Assembly (NCBI GenBank): GCA_964252035.1
Contig: OZ176201.1
Origin: Podarcis erhardii
Taxonomy: Eukaryota
Reading direction: 5' to 3' (one strand)
Length of the DNA stretch: 64,000 nucleotides
Positions 23,011 to 35,731 of the stretch are shown here, one piece after another. The notes under the pieces were generated by a model that did no database searches, was not told the DNA's origin, and was given only the letters and a program-made list of their open reading frames with translations. The translations under genes were made by a program, and so were the position numbers. Numbering within the stretch: position 1 is the first letter of the stretch; each line of letters opens with the position of its first letter.

Positions 23011-25493
23011 GTTGTAGCATAGTGGTGCTTTTTTCCACACATGTAAGCTGATTTGCAGAGGGTTTGGGAAGAAGGTAGATTTTAAGCAAGATGCCTTTTA
23101 GCGCCCCCCCCCCCCCGCTTTTTTCCCATTCTGATTTTCAGGGCTACTTCTCACGTGTTGGATCATCACTTTATTTCTGTAACCCAATGCTTTGCTGCTG
23201 AATTTGTGAGCTAACAAGGTTATGCCAGTTGTATCTGTGTAGTTAGTTCTGTGAGGACCCACTTGCTCGCACATGCCAGTCATCACCAGTGCCTGAGAGG
23301 AAGGATCATGACACTCTGGCTGCAGTGTTTCTGCGCTGGCTGTCTTCATTTTTAAAATATAGCTTCAAAAATTTCCGTGGAGCAGCAGCAAAACTAATGG
23401 CACATTTGCTGGCAAGGGTGAGTTCAGCCATAGTACAAGTGCGCTAAGTGGCACACAGCAGAGTGGAAATAGTGTATGAATGGGATACCTTCTCTCAGCA
23501 TGCTTGTAAAGTGCAGGGGCCCACATGTGCTGCCAGGATTTCTTGTAAACAAAGGGAACCTTCTCAGGTGCCCAATAGCAAATAGTTCCATTGAGGTAGA
23601 CCAGTTGGCACATCTGTTGCTCAGCCCAGACTGTTTCAGTTTACACATAACTCGTGCTGGTAGGAAATCCTTGAGGGTGATGTAAACCTGCATTCTGGCA
23701 GCTCTCCACCCACATCACTAATGAATTGACATAAGGACTACTAATGTGACAAAGGTGAGTTGCAGCAGCGTGTGCCGTCTGCGTTCTGTTCTGCCCTAAA
23801 ACGGACGTGCAGAGCCAATGATGTGAGTTTTAATGGAATAGCAGTAACCAAAGTCCGTAAAAAAAAATTTTTTAAATGCTAGACTGATTTTAAAGTGGTT
23901 TGTTAATGAAAGAAGGCAAGGGATGCCTCATCTGTCCTGGTCACAAATTTGTTTGAGTCCATAGATTTTCCTGTGTGAATGAGTTTCGTAGTCCAGAAGG
24001 TGGAGAAAGGGGTGTTTTAAAAACTTACCCAGGCTGACCAGTGTTAGAAACTCAGATACCTAATCTAAACCTGAGCAACTTGTACCATCAGGAGGCTCTT
24101 CATAATTTTTATAAGTCAAAATTCCCTTTCTCGCAGTTAGGAGCTTGGGTCCTACCTGTGGTAGCAACAGAAAACAAATTTTCTCCATCGTCTGTGTGAC
24201 AACCCTTCAAATATTTGAAGGCTGCTATTGTACTGTCTCTTATTTGTCTCGCCTGCAGCCTAAAAATATGCAGATCCTTCAACTTCGTTACATATATGGC
24301 CTCCAGGGCACTCCCCCCTCAAATCATTTCTTTTGCCTTTCTCTGGACATGTCCCAGTGCTACATAAACGATCATGATTCATTTATATAGTTATTCCAGG
24401 TATACAAGAAGGCCTTCTGTAGCCAATGGTGACCATATAACCCTGTCAAACCCTTAGTCTTGTGGGTCTAATGGATGAATGAGACTGGCTTTCCTGTACG
24501 TAGCTCTGCCTTGAATGGGAAAGGTGGACAGCCAGCATTCCCTATAGACCTGGAGGGAGAGCAAGCAGGCTAGAAAGTTCCTTTCAGGTTGGTTTGGCAT
24601 TGTCTTTTGAAGTTGCCTTCCCCTCTCTGACCCCTGCTTCTCAAATTCCTCCCTACTCCCTAAACAAATTAACTTCCCTGGTAGATTCTTTCTCTCCCCC
24701 ACCCCCAACTCCCATATCTCATTCTTGTTGCCTCCTTTGTGCCTGATCCGCTGATGTGTTTCACTGGAGGACTCCCACAGTTCACTTCTGTCCTTTCCAT
24801 CAGCGCTTCCCCCCTGCCCCTGCAACACCACAGGGTTACCCTCAACATGTTTGGAATTCCTTGTCATAATGAGAAGCAGCTGATTCTCCTCCTGCCCTTT
24901 GAAACATTTCTCCCTTATGTGCAGACCCTTGCAGGATTCATGTTGCTGCAGTCTGGGTGGTTCAGGGGGGAAGATCATGTTGCTGCAGTCTGGGTGGTTC
25001 AGGGGGGAAGATCATTCAGTTGAGACTCCTGGCATCCCTAACATTTGGTAGCTCTTCTGAGTTCTACCGTCAGTCTTGGCAAGGTGCTCAAGTCTTTTCT
25101 CTGTGTGTGCTCTTCACAAAATAGAATGGCAAACATCAATAGTCAGGTTGGTTCTTGACTTCCTAATGACCTAGTTTGCACATCACAATAAGCCACAATA
25201 TGGCTTACCACAACCACGCAAACATGTTCACACCTGCATTGCTCCTCCTTGGGCTTCTCAGGTCAGCAGCTAAGCCAAGCTTTGGCTGAGCCTGTCACCC
25301 AAACCTGGAATCATGGTTAAGGTCCCTCTTCCTTAACCACAGCCTGTAGCCATAGGACAAACCTTGGTCATGGACAAGGAGGGGAGACCTTAACCATGAG
25401 CCTGGGTTCAGGTGATATTCTGAAACTTTGCTTAGCTGCTGCACCATACTGACCTGAGTGGCTGGGGAGGCCTGGCCAGATTGGCGGGGTATG

Positions 25494-25959
25494 CCGTATT
25501 TTTCGCTCTATAGGACGCACCCGACCATAGGACGCACCTTGTTTTAGAGGGGGAGAACAAGAAAAGAAAATTCTCCCCCTCTCTGCTCAGCGCCCCTTCA
25601 ACGAAGCGGCAGGAGAAACGGAGCCCCTTCCATTTCTCTTCCCACTTGGCTGAAGGGGTGCTGCGCAGCTCTCCCTCTCCTGAAGCCAGGAGACTCTTGC
25701 TCTCCTGGCTTCAGCAAAAGGAACCTGAAGCCTCCAGAGTACAGCGGGACCTCCCGCTGTGTTCTGGAGGCTTCAGGGCGCACCGACCCCTCTCGCTCTC
25801 CAGGCTTCAGCGAAAGCAACGCGAAGCCTCCGGAGCATGCAGGGAGCGCTCCGCGTTGCTATCGCTGAAGCCAAGGAGCCTGCATTCGCTCCATAGGACA
25901 CACATTTCCCCTTAATTTTTGGAGGGGGGAAAGTGTGTCCTATAGAGCGAAAAATACGG
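25494..25959. mobile_element. Tc2/pogo-like MITE inserted in an L2 tail
   Basis: TIRs ccgtatttttcgctctatagga / cctatagagcgaaaaatacgg; interrupts gagtggctgggg...ggggta|...aataaattatt. Confidence 0.8.
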
Positions 25960-25969
25960 TAAGTAATAA

Positions 25970-26005
<36 letters not shown>

Positions 26006-26180
26006 AATAATAATAATAATTACCTAAAAATCTCAAGGAGGATCAGATCATCTGTGATCTCTTCCTTGGGAACCAAAGCATTTGGTTTCTAAGCCATGGT
26101 TTGGCATGTCTAGTGAACGTGGCTAATCTCAAAGAGCTTGGTAGAAAAACTTTCCTTTGCAGGGTACGTTGCAGTATAAT

Positions 26181-26310
26181 CAGTGCTATTTTTCTAGAAA
26201 AGGAGGTGCTGGACCTCACCACGAACTTCTCCCTTGTTCTCTTTGAATAGCAATGGTGCCCACCTGAGACCTGCTGAGCTCCATTGAGTTCTGGCTGAAA
26301 AATTGCCCTG
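26181..26310. mobile_element. hAT-type MITE
   Basis: Same family as 5142-5279 and 47851-47982. Confidence 0.7.
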
Positions 26311-26518
26311 CATGTAATACAGTCTTCCTTGGAACGTGGGGACCCTTATCCACTGAACATAATTTGATGTTGCTGAGCAGAACCAACCCAGAAACCAGAG
26401 GCAGCCATCTCACATTTTGGGTTACTTAAAACTTAATTGTGGGAATCAGTAAGATGGATTCACATCAACTTCCCTAAAGGATATTTAAGGAAAACTAGAT
26501 TCACCTGCTGAGTAGAAA

Positions 26519-26866
26519 GGTAAAGGGACCCCTGACCATTAGGTCCAGTCGTGACCAGTTCTGGGCTTGCGGTGCTCATCTCGCTTTACTGGCCGAGGGA
26601 GCCAGCATACAGCTTCCGGGTCATGTGGCCAGCATGACTAAGCCACTTCTGGCGAACCAGAGCAGCGCACGGAAACGCCATTTACCTTCCCGCCGGAGTG
26701 GTACCTATTCATCTACTTGCACTTTGACATGCTTTCGAACTGCTAGGTTGGCAAGAGCAGGGACCGAGCAACAGGAGCTCACCCCGTTGCAGGGATTCGA
26801 ACCGCCGACCTTCTGATCGGCAAGCCCTAGGCTCTGTGGTTTAACCTACAGTGCCACCCGCGTCCC
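26519..26866 (-). mobile_element. Sauria SINE
   Basis: Full length; 18-bp TSD tcacctgctgagtagaaa at 26501-26518 and 26867-26884. Confidence 0.9.
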
Positions 26867-27629
26867 TCACCTGCTGAGTAGAAAAGGTGGTTCTACAAAA
26901 TTGTTACTCCAAAGCAGTCATTCTGAAACTCTGCCATAAGAATGTCAGAGCCCTGCTGGATCAGGCCAAAGGCCCACATAATCCTGCATCTTGTTTTCCC
27001 AGTGGCCAGCCAGGTGCCTATGGGAAGTCTGAAAGCATCAGCACTTTCCCCATTTGTGATTCCCAGCTACTGGTACTTGGATACAGTGGTAGTAGAGCCA
27101 TTGTGCCGAGTAGCCATTGGCAAGTCTTAACCTCCATGAATTGGTTCAATCCATGCTGTTGCCTATTGGGCTCGTCTGCCGCAATGGTCCCTCCAAGCCT
27201 TGAAAGAAATCGACAGCAACCTGCTCCCTGCGCTTAACAAATCTGTTGAGAAATCTTAAAAGGCACAGATGTATCATCACTGTGTTCCAAATTGCCTTCC
27301 TACCAGCTATAATGAGTTTTACGTACCGAAAGAAGGTTGCCCACAGAGGGAGAAGGAGAAAGTTGAGTGTGACAGTTCTTGTCTCAATTTTTTTCATTTA
27401 ATAAGATCTCTCATTATTCAGGCTGGGCACTCAATTAGCTAAGTAGCTTCCTTGAAGCATGCAAGTGCTATCTGTGCGCTGTCTCCCTTCCCACTTGTTA
27501 ATTGCTTGAGTGATGGGATGGGGAAGATATCTGGGAGAAGGGAGAGCAAACCCTGTGTGAGAAGGGGAGACAGGGAAGAGGTGCCAGAACTGTATGGGGA
27601 AAGGGCATCCTGTGACGTGTGGCATAGAA

Positions 27630-28079
27630 GAGGCAGAGACCGCCTCTCCCTTTATGCCCCACGGAGAGCCTCAAGGTCCATAAATAGCAACACCCTAGTG
27701 GTCCCGGGCCCTAAGGAAGTTAGATTAGCCTCAACCAGGGCCAGGGCTTTTTCAACACTGGCTCCGGCCTGGTGGAACGCTCTGTCTCGTGAGACCAGGG
27801 CCCTGTGGGATCTGATTTCTTTCCGCAGGGCCTGCAAGACAGAGCTGTTCCGCCTGGCCTTTGGTTTGGACTCAGTCTGACCCTTATTTTCCCTCCCTTT
27901 ATGTGATCTATAGGCTACTTTTAAAATGAGGCCGCATTTTAACTTGCATTTTAACCTGTATTTTAAATTGGGTTCCCCCCCCCTCCCTATTATGTTTTTA
28001 CTGTAAATTTTACTGGTGTTAGCTGCCCTGAGCCCGGCTCTGGCCGGGGAGGGCGGGGTATAAATAAAATTTATTATTA
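27630..28079 (+). mobile_element. L2-clade LINE 3' fragment
   Basis: YAPRRASRS...RARAFSTLAPAWWNAL...FRRACKTELFRLAF, typical L2 ORF2 end; (tat)n tail. Confidence 0.75.
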
Positions 28080-28305
28080 CAGTGGTACCTTAGGTTACAT
28101 ACGCTTCAGGTTACAGACTCTGCTAACCCAGAAATAGTGCTTCAGGTTAAGAACTTTGTTTCAGGATGAGTACAGAAATTGTGCTCCGGCTGCACGGCAG
28201 CAGCAGGAGACTCCATTGGCTAAAGTGGTGCTTCAGGTTAAGAACAGTTTCAGGTTAAGTACGGACCTCCGGAATGAATTAAGTACTTAACCCAAGGTAC
28301 CACTG
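28080..28305. mobile_element. Tigger-like MITE (same family as 6980-7205)
   Basis: ta|cagtggtaccttaggttac ... taacccaaggtaccactg|ta, inserted in the L2 (tat)n tail. Confidence 0.85.
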
Positions 28306-28914
28306 TATTGTTATTAAAGAGGATTAGGCACATTCATGAAGCACACGGCAGGATTGTGCCTCTGAATGCCTGGTACTGGGAGCTGCAGTTAGCACAGGTG
28401 CTGTGGAGCTTATGTTCTGCTTGTGGCCTTCTCATAGACAGGCATCTGGTGGTCCAGGGTCTGAACAGGAGGCTGGCCTAGATGGGCCTGAATCAACAGG
28501 GCTTCTTGTGTGATTTAAAGTTCTTCTGGCAAGTCACATGTGCCGCTTCTGAACCAAGACCCTATTTCAGTGGAAGGGACAACTGGAAGTGGCAGTGTTG
28601 TTCCTCCCCACCTCACCCCAAAAGCACCATTTTTATAGCACCCTTGTGTTGCGTGTGCCAAGGCAGAAATGTGCAGAAACGCACCAGCTCCGTGGCGTCT
28701 GGCCTAGCTCAGGAAAAGTAGGCAGGTCCAGAAGCCTTCTCCCTCACCTGTAGATTTGCATCCAACACCCAAGGGCAACCAGTAAACACCTTGGGATTTG
28801 GCTTGGCTGCTGCGGCACTTGCATGCAGAGCCAGATCCTCCCAAAACTGAATGCTGCCTCAGTTCTTTTGCATATAAAACTAGGGTTGGGTGTGCTGCCT
28901 AAGGGTTCTGCCCA

Positions 28915-29222
28915 GACGCTGAGGTCCAGCGCTGAGGGCCTTCTGGCGGTTCCCTCATTGCGAGAAGCAAAGCTACAGGGAACCAGGCAGAGGGCCTTCT
29001 CGGTAGTGGCACCCGCCCTGTGGAACGCCCTCCCATCAGATGTCAAAGCGATAAATAACTACCTGACATTCAGAAAACATATTAAGGCAGCCCTGTTCAG
29101 GGAAGTTTTTAATCTGTGATATTTTAGTGTATTTTTGGTTTTTATGGAAGCCGCCCAGAGTGGCTGGGGAAACCCAGCCAGATGGGCGGGGTACAAATAA
29201 TAAATTATTATTATTATTATTA
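28915..29222 (+). mobile_element. L2-clade LINE 3' fragment
   Basis: LRSSAEGLLAVP...RQRAFSVVAPALWNALP...FRKHIKAALFREVF; (tta)n tail. Confidence 0.8.
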
Positions 29223-30504
29223 TAAGGGTGGGGACCGCAGTGGCAGGTAGTGAGTTGGTGGCTTGCAAAGTGGAACTGTGTGCTTGGCTTTTTACTCCCT
29301 GTGCCTCAGCTGATTTGGATTGGTCTTATTTCATCCTACCTTTTGGAAACCGTTTTTTGAGGTGCAGGGGGGCGAGGCCTTTGGGGAAAGGAGAGGAAGG
29401 CTCCCAGGTGGGGAGTGGGGCACACTGCGCGAGTGAATCGGATGACTCTGCTCGCGTTTTGTTAGCAGCATGAAGAACTCTCTCTTCTTTTTTTGCTCCC
29501 CGAGAAGCTGAGCCACGCAGTTGGGATCTTCTTGCTGCCGTCTGCCACAGCTGGCTGGCATGTTTCTTTCAAGCCCATTTGTTCAGCTTTGTTGCCATGG
29601 GAACGGTTGCTAGGACATTGATGGGAACAGACAAGTGCAAGGAAGAAGCGGACTGGGCTGGGCAGGGCTGGGTGGGTGGGTGGTGGTGGGCTTGCATCAG
29701 AAGCAGAGGCCTATTCTGGGGGGGGGGGCAACCACAATAGAGAATTCAGGGGTTGTTTCCCCCTCCCTCCAACAAACTTTAACATAGAGGCTTCCTGGTT
29801 CTTGTGTTCTATTTTAGGAAAGCGGGGTTTGCGGGGAGAGGTGTTGAGTGGCACTTTCTCAGCTGTGACTTCAGAGGATGCAGTTTCAGCTTTTGGCAAG
29901 GCTTTTATTGTGTTCCCTTTGTCTTTGGGCCTGCTTTCCCATCAGATTCCGGCTGTGAAGGTTGAGAAACCTCTCCGACACTTACTAGCGCCTTTTATTA
30001 TTACAGAGGATGGTTAAAAATCCGCCCAGCACCCACCCTTCGTGCTTCCCATCAACATGTGCGCCTGTCTTTTAAAGAGGGCAGAGCCTTTCTTTCATGC
30101 TTCCCCTCGGCCCTGCCTCTAGCTTTTGCATTTCGTGGGGAGAAAAGGCGGTTTAAAAAAATGTTATTTCTCTCTTAGAAATGCAGGGGGCAACAGCAAA
30201 CGACAGGCCTGTGCTCATGGAGATCTTCTGTCTCCTAGTGGAGTAAAGGTCATTGTTTTATAATGAATGTCTTGTTGCATGAAAGTGGAGATAGGAAAAA
30301 GAATTGTCAGCGTGATTTGAGCTTCCTCCCTCCCTTCTTTCTCTATACAGGTTTTTCCCCCTCTTTTAAATGGTGTAAAAGTACTGGGCATTTGGGTATT
30401 GGGGCACTAAGCTGCTGTAGAGTGCGTTCTGTTAAGATTTTGTCTCTTTTGCTCTGTGCATGCGTGCCACCCAGCCTGAGTCTTTCAAATGACACAGACT
30501 AAAC

Positions 30505-30640
30505 CAGGTATGGCCAAACTCGGCCCTCCAGATGTTTGGGAACTACAATTCCCATCATTCCTGAGCACTGGTCCTGTTAGCTAGTGATGATGGGAGTTGT
30601 AGTCCCAAAACATCTGGAAGTTGAAGTTTGGCCATGCCTG
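30505..30640. mobile_element. Palindromic hAT MITE
   Basis: caggtatggccaaact ... agtttggccatgcctg; TSD gactaaac/gactaaat. Confidence 0.85.
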
Positions 30641-30779
30641 GACTAAATGGTTCAGTTGGTTTTGGGGGAATGTAAGGAAGATGTTCTGAAACATTGGGGG
30701 GGGGACTAAAAATTAGAGGTAAAATACAGTGTGTGCATGTGTGTTTTGAGATGGCAATGGGCAGGGGAGTAACACATGG

Positions 30780-30990
30780 AAAGCCAGTGTGGTGTAGTGG
30801 TTTGAGTTCTGCACTAGGACCTGGCAGACCCGGGTTCAAATCCCTGCTTGACGATGAAGCTCACTGGATGACTTGAGCCAGTCACTACCTACCTCATAGG
30901 GTTGTTGGGGGTATTATATGTGGAGGACCATGTATGCTGCCCTGAGCTCCTAGAAGAAAAAGGTGGGATAATAACAAATACATAAATAAG
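30780..30990 (+). mobile_element. Squam3-like SINE
   Basis: gaaagccagtgtggtgtagtgg (A box) ... gggttcaaatccc (B box) ... aaataaataa tail. Confidence 0.7.
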
Positions 30991-33900
30991 GTACTACAGT
31001 TACTGAGTTTGAGACTTCTTCTACTTTGTCCTTCAGCTATGAAGTGCAGTGACACCTCTCCTTTCTCTTGTCTCCCTCTCCTGCCACAGAAATTGGGATT
31101 TGTTTTGGTGCTGGTGTAGCTAAGGCAGGGGTGTGGAGCCTTTTGGTCCTCCAGACATTGCTGAACTGCAGTTCCCATCATCCCTGGCCATTGGCCATGC
31201 TAGCTGGGGCTGATGGGAGTTGGAGTCCAGCAGTATCTGATGGGTGGGGCACAGTTTCCTTATCCCTGAGCTAAGGTGATGGAGATTAGACTTTGTCCTG
31301 GGTTCTGCCGCTTAGATTTTTAGCAAAGGAGCTTCTACAGGAAGGCAGAGCCCTTTGCCCCTAATTAATTGATTTTTCTTCTGGCTTTCAAACAGGCCCT
31401 CTGCCAACTGACAACCACAAGCTAACCTCCAAGAGAGGCACTCATCAGTACCAGCTATTAGCTGTTACCCTGTCAAGAGCAGCCTTGGTGTAAAGGATAT
31501 GCTTTGGGGGAAAAAGAGCCACCTGGCACCCCCCTTTCTCTCCCCCTCTCTGTAATGTAACCCAGATGCTCTCCTAGCTCAAAGGCTGCCTGAGTGTTGG
31601 TCTAATAGGTCTCATTGTCTTTTGCCTCTGGCTGCTGCTAGCTTCCTCCTACTGGGAAAAGGCATTGCATGGCCTACAGAGCCCCCCCCCCATCACGTTT
31701 CTGCATAAAGCTATGCTATCTGGCAAAATCCAGGATGCGGAGAAAATAATGGCAGTGCTTCATGTTTTTTAAATAGAGCCTAATGCTAAATCAGGACTTG
31801 CAGAGCATGTTTGCAGCACACAAAGCCTGCCCCCATCCCCCTAACAGTAATGTTTGCGTCTGCATGGTTTTATGCCATACCTCAATGCAGGGACAAGAGC
31901 TCTGGTAGCATTTGGAGGCTCCCTGGTCTGCCCCCCCCTTTTTTTGGTTGCAAAGCAAGCAGCTTTTGTGATGGGTAGGAGGGGACAGACCTATGTGGGA
32001 GGGCACAAGTCTAGCAGCTCCCTGTAATAAGGAGAGTTTGTTCCACTCCCCTCTCTAGTAAGCCATTCAGGGCTTAAAGCATAAAGGACAAGAGTGGAAG
32101 AGTCAAGCTTCTAATATCTGTCTAAAAGGAGACCTTGGAGTGTGTTCATGATTCTGCCACTGGGGAGACTATATTCTGTCCTTTTCTGCCTTATTTATTT
32201 GTTTCTAATTCACAAATAGGATAGAATCTGAGGTGCTGTTTGGTGGTTTGTATACCTAGAAAGCCCTTGGGATTTTCAATGAAACAAAAAAACAAAAAAC
32301 AAAAAACAAAAAAAAAAGGTGGGGAGAAAATTGGAAAGTCACCTAAAATTCCAGCAAGAGCTTTCCCCTCTTTGGATATGTGCTCAGTATCGGAGAAGGT
32401 TGGGCTTAAATATTGGAAAGAGCTTGGCATCAGCAAGGAATATCAATTCCCTGTATTGACAGAGTCCATTGCACCCGTCTGTATTTCCTGCATAGGACAG
32501 TTGGTACATTTTAGCTCAAACTGCATGTGACCACTTTGTCTTCCATGAGTAGTTAGTTTGAGGGGTTTTCTTTTAAATTTGTGGGATCTGAGACCTCATG
32601 GGTTTTGTGTGTGCTTTAAATAGAGTTGTGAAAGGCAGTTTGTTACACCTGAGGTACCTTTGAGTACTTAAGAGGAGCAGTTGGTTGCTTGATTGTGCAA
32701 GGGCAACCTCGCCAGCAAATTGTGTATGGCAGAGGGGAAGGTAATAGCAGAGATTGCATCTGCTTTGTGCTGCAAGTCTGACCAAAAACAGGGAGTGCTT
32801 TTGTTAGGGTTTGTCGGGTATTCACATTTCATTCTCAGGTAAGAATGATCAACCCCTGGCACAGCATCTGGCACAGCTTCCTGGAAAGTCAAGAAGGAGG
32901 TACCACTTCTGTCTCAAAATGTCCCCCAAGGGTGAACACGTTCACCACAAGAGTGGAAAGTGTTGAGGCTGCATACTACTTCGCTAATGTGGAGCCCCTT
33001 TTGGCTTTCTGAAGACCGAACTTTTTCTTTTCCTCCCTTGTTACATAGGTAGGGCAAAGGATGGTCCTTAGGACAATTGCTGGGTCATGATTTCCCATAC
33101 TAAACACCTTTGCCACCACCCTGCTGGCATTTACTGAACAGCAGCCATGCTCTTGCATATGCCAGATCTCCTCTTACCTTCTGGTCTTCCATCCAATGCG
33201 TGTGTCTCTTGTGTCTCTTTGCTGGAGGGATGCAGGCATGTGTTTCACATCCATCTGCCCTTCCGTCAATAACATGCGATGGCAGAATTTTCTATTGTGT
33301 TTATGTTGTTGTCATTGTCTGTGGCTTCCACACTGCTGTGAGACCAGCAAGACTATTGGCTGACTCTTCCTAGAGTACTGTGGGTAGCAACAGGGGGTGG
33401 GGTGGGGGAGGGATAAGAAGATATTGGCATAGGAGCTGCATTGAATGAGAGAGCCATGGCCCGCAGAACTGGGTCATCAGGTCTGCTGTGTTCGCTTACA
33501 CCCTGCAGTGCAAGCGAACAGTCTTCCTTCCAAAAGGCTTAACCTAGTCTTTTGCTATTGGAGATTATGATCTGACTGCCTTGGGGCAGGATTATCCCAT
33601 CCCTGCCAAATGCTGGGATCCTGATGCACCTTCGTCTGGACTCTGGAACATCTGTTGCTGGCCCCGATTTGAGGCAGATCCCAGATGACGCCAAAATGGA
33701 CCTGACCTAAGGTCATGCACTTTTGTAGTTATTCAGTGATGACATTAAAAAGATATTCATGCAGATATTTATATTGTGTAATAGCCAAGTATCTTTCCTC
33801 CGTGAATAATTGGCATAAACAAATGTATTCCTGCGTGCATTGTGTGGTAAAATGGTTGCAATTTCCCAATTGGCTTCTGTCGTGCTGTAAGGCTTAGTTT

Positions 33901-35580
33901 GCTCAAGATTCCTGTCTGCCTTCTCTCGGAATGTGACTGCACACATGACTCTTGCTCCCTTGGTGTCTGCTAACTGCACAAAAGGCAAGAGCAGATTTAA
34001 CCACTCGGAGCCAGCTGCATGCATACCACACATGTCTGACTTGTAAACATGGTCAGAAATAGGAAAGCAAATGGTATCTTCAGAACCCTCGGTTGCTTCA
34101 GTCGGTCATAGAATTCCATCTCTCTGTGAGTGTGTGGTTTTTTTGTTTGTTTTTGAAAACCCATAACCAAAATAGCAAGGGTTTCATACTGACTGCTTGT
34201 AGTCCAGCTTTGTGCACCTAAGAATAGGTTGGATGCAGAGTGTCTAGAATTCTTCCCTTTAAAAAAGAAGGGGGGGATAGTGGCAGGGGGAGCAGAACAC
34301 TCAAAATGATGTGTATGAAACATGCGCATAGTAGACGGATGTAGAAACTCGGGTGTATGCAGGCTATAAAGGTGGAGCTGGCAGAATTCTTTTGGGAGCC
34401 CCATAGGCCAGGAGGGACTAACCTTTCTCAGGGTGGGTGAAAAACACTTGAATACCTTACAAAAAGGAAGTTGTGTGTTTTGTGGCAGGATGTGTTGGGG
34501 TGAAAAGAGTAATCAGCTGGAGAGACTTTGGTCCCATTGAGTGCCCTGTCAGGCAGAGGTGGGAAAGCCTCCAAATGTTCAGCAACTCCCCAATTTCCAG
34601 CAGCTGCAGCCTGCATGGCCAAGGTCAGGGATGTTGGGAATTGTAGTCCAGCAACGTCTGGAGGGCCACAGCTTCCCCATCCCTCCTACGGAGCTCACAA
34701 AAGTAGTCCAGGTACGCAGAGCATTGTTTTCCTAGTGAGGAAGACCTGAGCCACTTAGCTTTGCCTTAACCACTCTTAACTCTGAGTTACCCCATCTCAC
34801 ATTCTTTTGTGCAAAAGAATGTGTTGTTGGGTATGCTTTGTGCACCAGTAAAGGGCATTGTAATTTATGTTTTCTGTTGGCACCAGGCAGTAATGTATGA
34901 CTGTGCATATTGATGCATGTAAAACAAGCTTAACACGCTCAGAAGGGAAGGGTCAGCACCCTGCGCAGGCACATACCCAATCTCTCCAGAATTTATTGTG
35001 GCATATGGAAGGGAGTACGGCAGCCTGAAGGGGCAGAGTGAGCCGCAGGTTGGTCTGCTGAAGACCTGTCCCATGCCATTCGGCTTGCGGGTGGAACTGG
35101 TGCTGGATGAAGAAGCTGCTAGAGCTGAGGCTGCTTCATGCCTTCCTTCCCAGCATGCCAACTGCCTCTGGGGGCAACCAGTGGAGGTAGTAGGTGGCTT
35201 TGGGTGGGTGGTCTGCTTGAAGCAGCACAAACAGCTGAAGGGAAAGTGGACTGTGTCTGCAGCGCATACTTGGGAGCTGGTATGATGTAAGGCGGCTCTT
35301 TATAGAAGCTGTTTAGCTCAGCACAGGGAAAGTAATGGGAAACAGGAGGGGAGCAGAGCTTGAGGAATTTATGGTACTAGTATGAGTTCATGTGCTGCGC
35401 TTTGTGAAATCTGTATGCGATTCAGTTGTGTGGTTGCTGATTCCAACCATCCCCTCCCCTCCCCTCTTTGTTATGTTCCCAGGTACCCGGTACACCCCAC
35501 AGATTGGCCTGGAGTTGGAGATCTTCAGTTGACACTAGTCCCCTTTCTGTTCTGTGGCTCTCCATGCGAGCCAGGGACAA

Positions 35581-35731
35581 ATGGATGCAATCGCAAGTGC
35601 CAGCCTCAAGAGGAAGTTTGATGAGGTGGACGTGGGATCGCCCATCTCCAACTCTGATGATGAGATCTCTAACAGCGACAGCGCAGACAGCTGTGACAGC
35701 GTCAATCCACCCAACTCCACCGGCTTCATAC
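35581..35731 (+). CDS. CSRNP2: CSRNP2 first coding exon (exon 2; exon starts at 35483)
   Basis: MDAIASASLKRKFDEVDVGSPISNSDDEISNSDSADSCDSVNPP matches the CSRNP2 N-terminus; donor C|GTAAGT; 151 nt. Confidence 0.95.

Noticed and set aside
24454-24978. 174-aa minus-strand ORF
   Set aside because: No recognisable domain; partly produced by the 37-bp duplication; no splice or promoter support.
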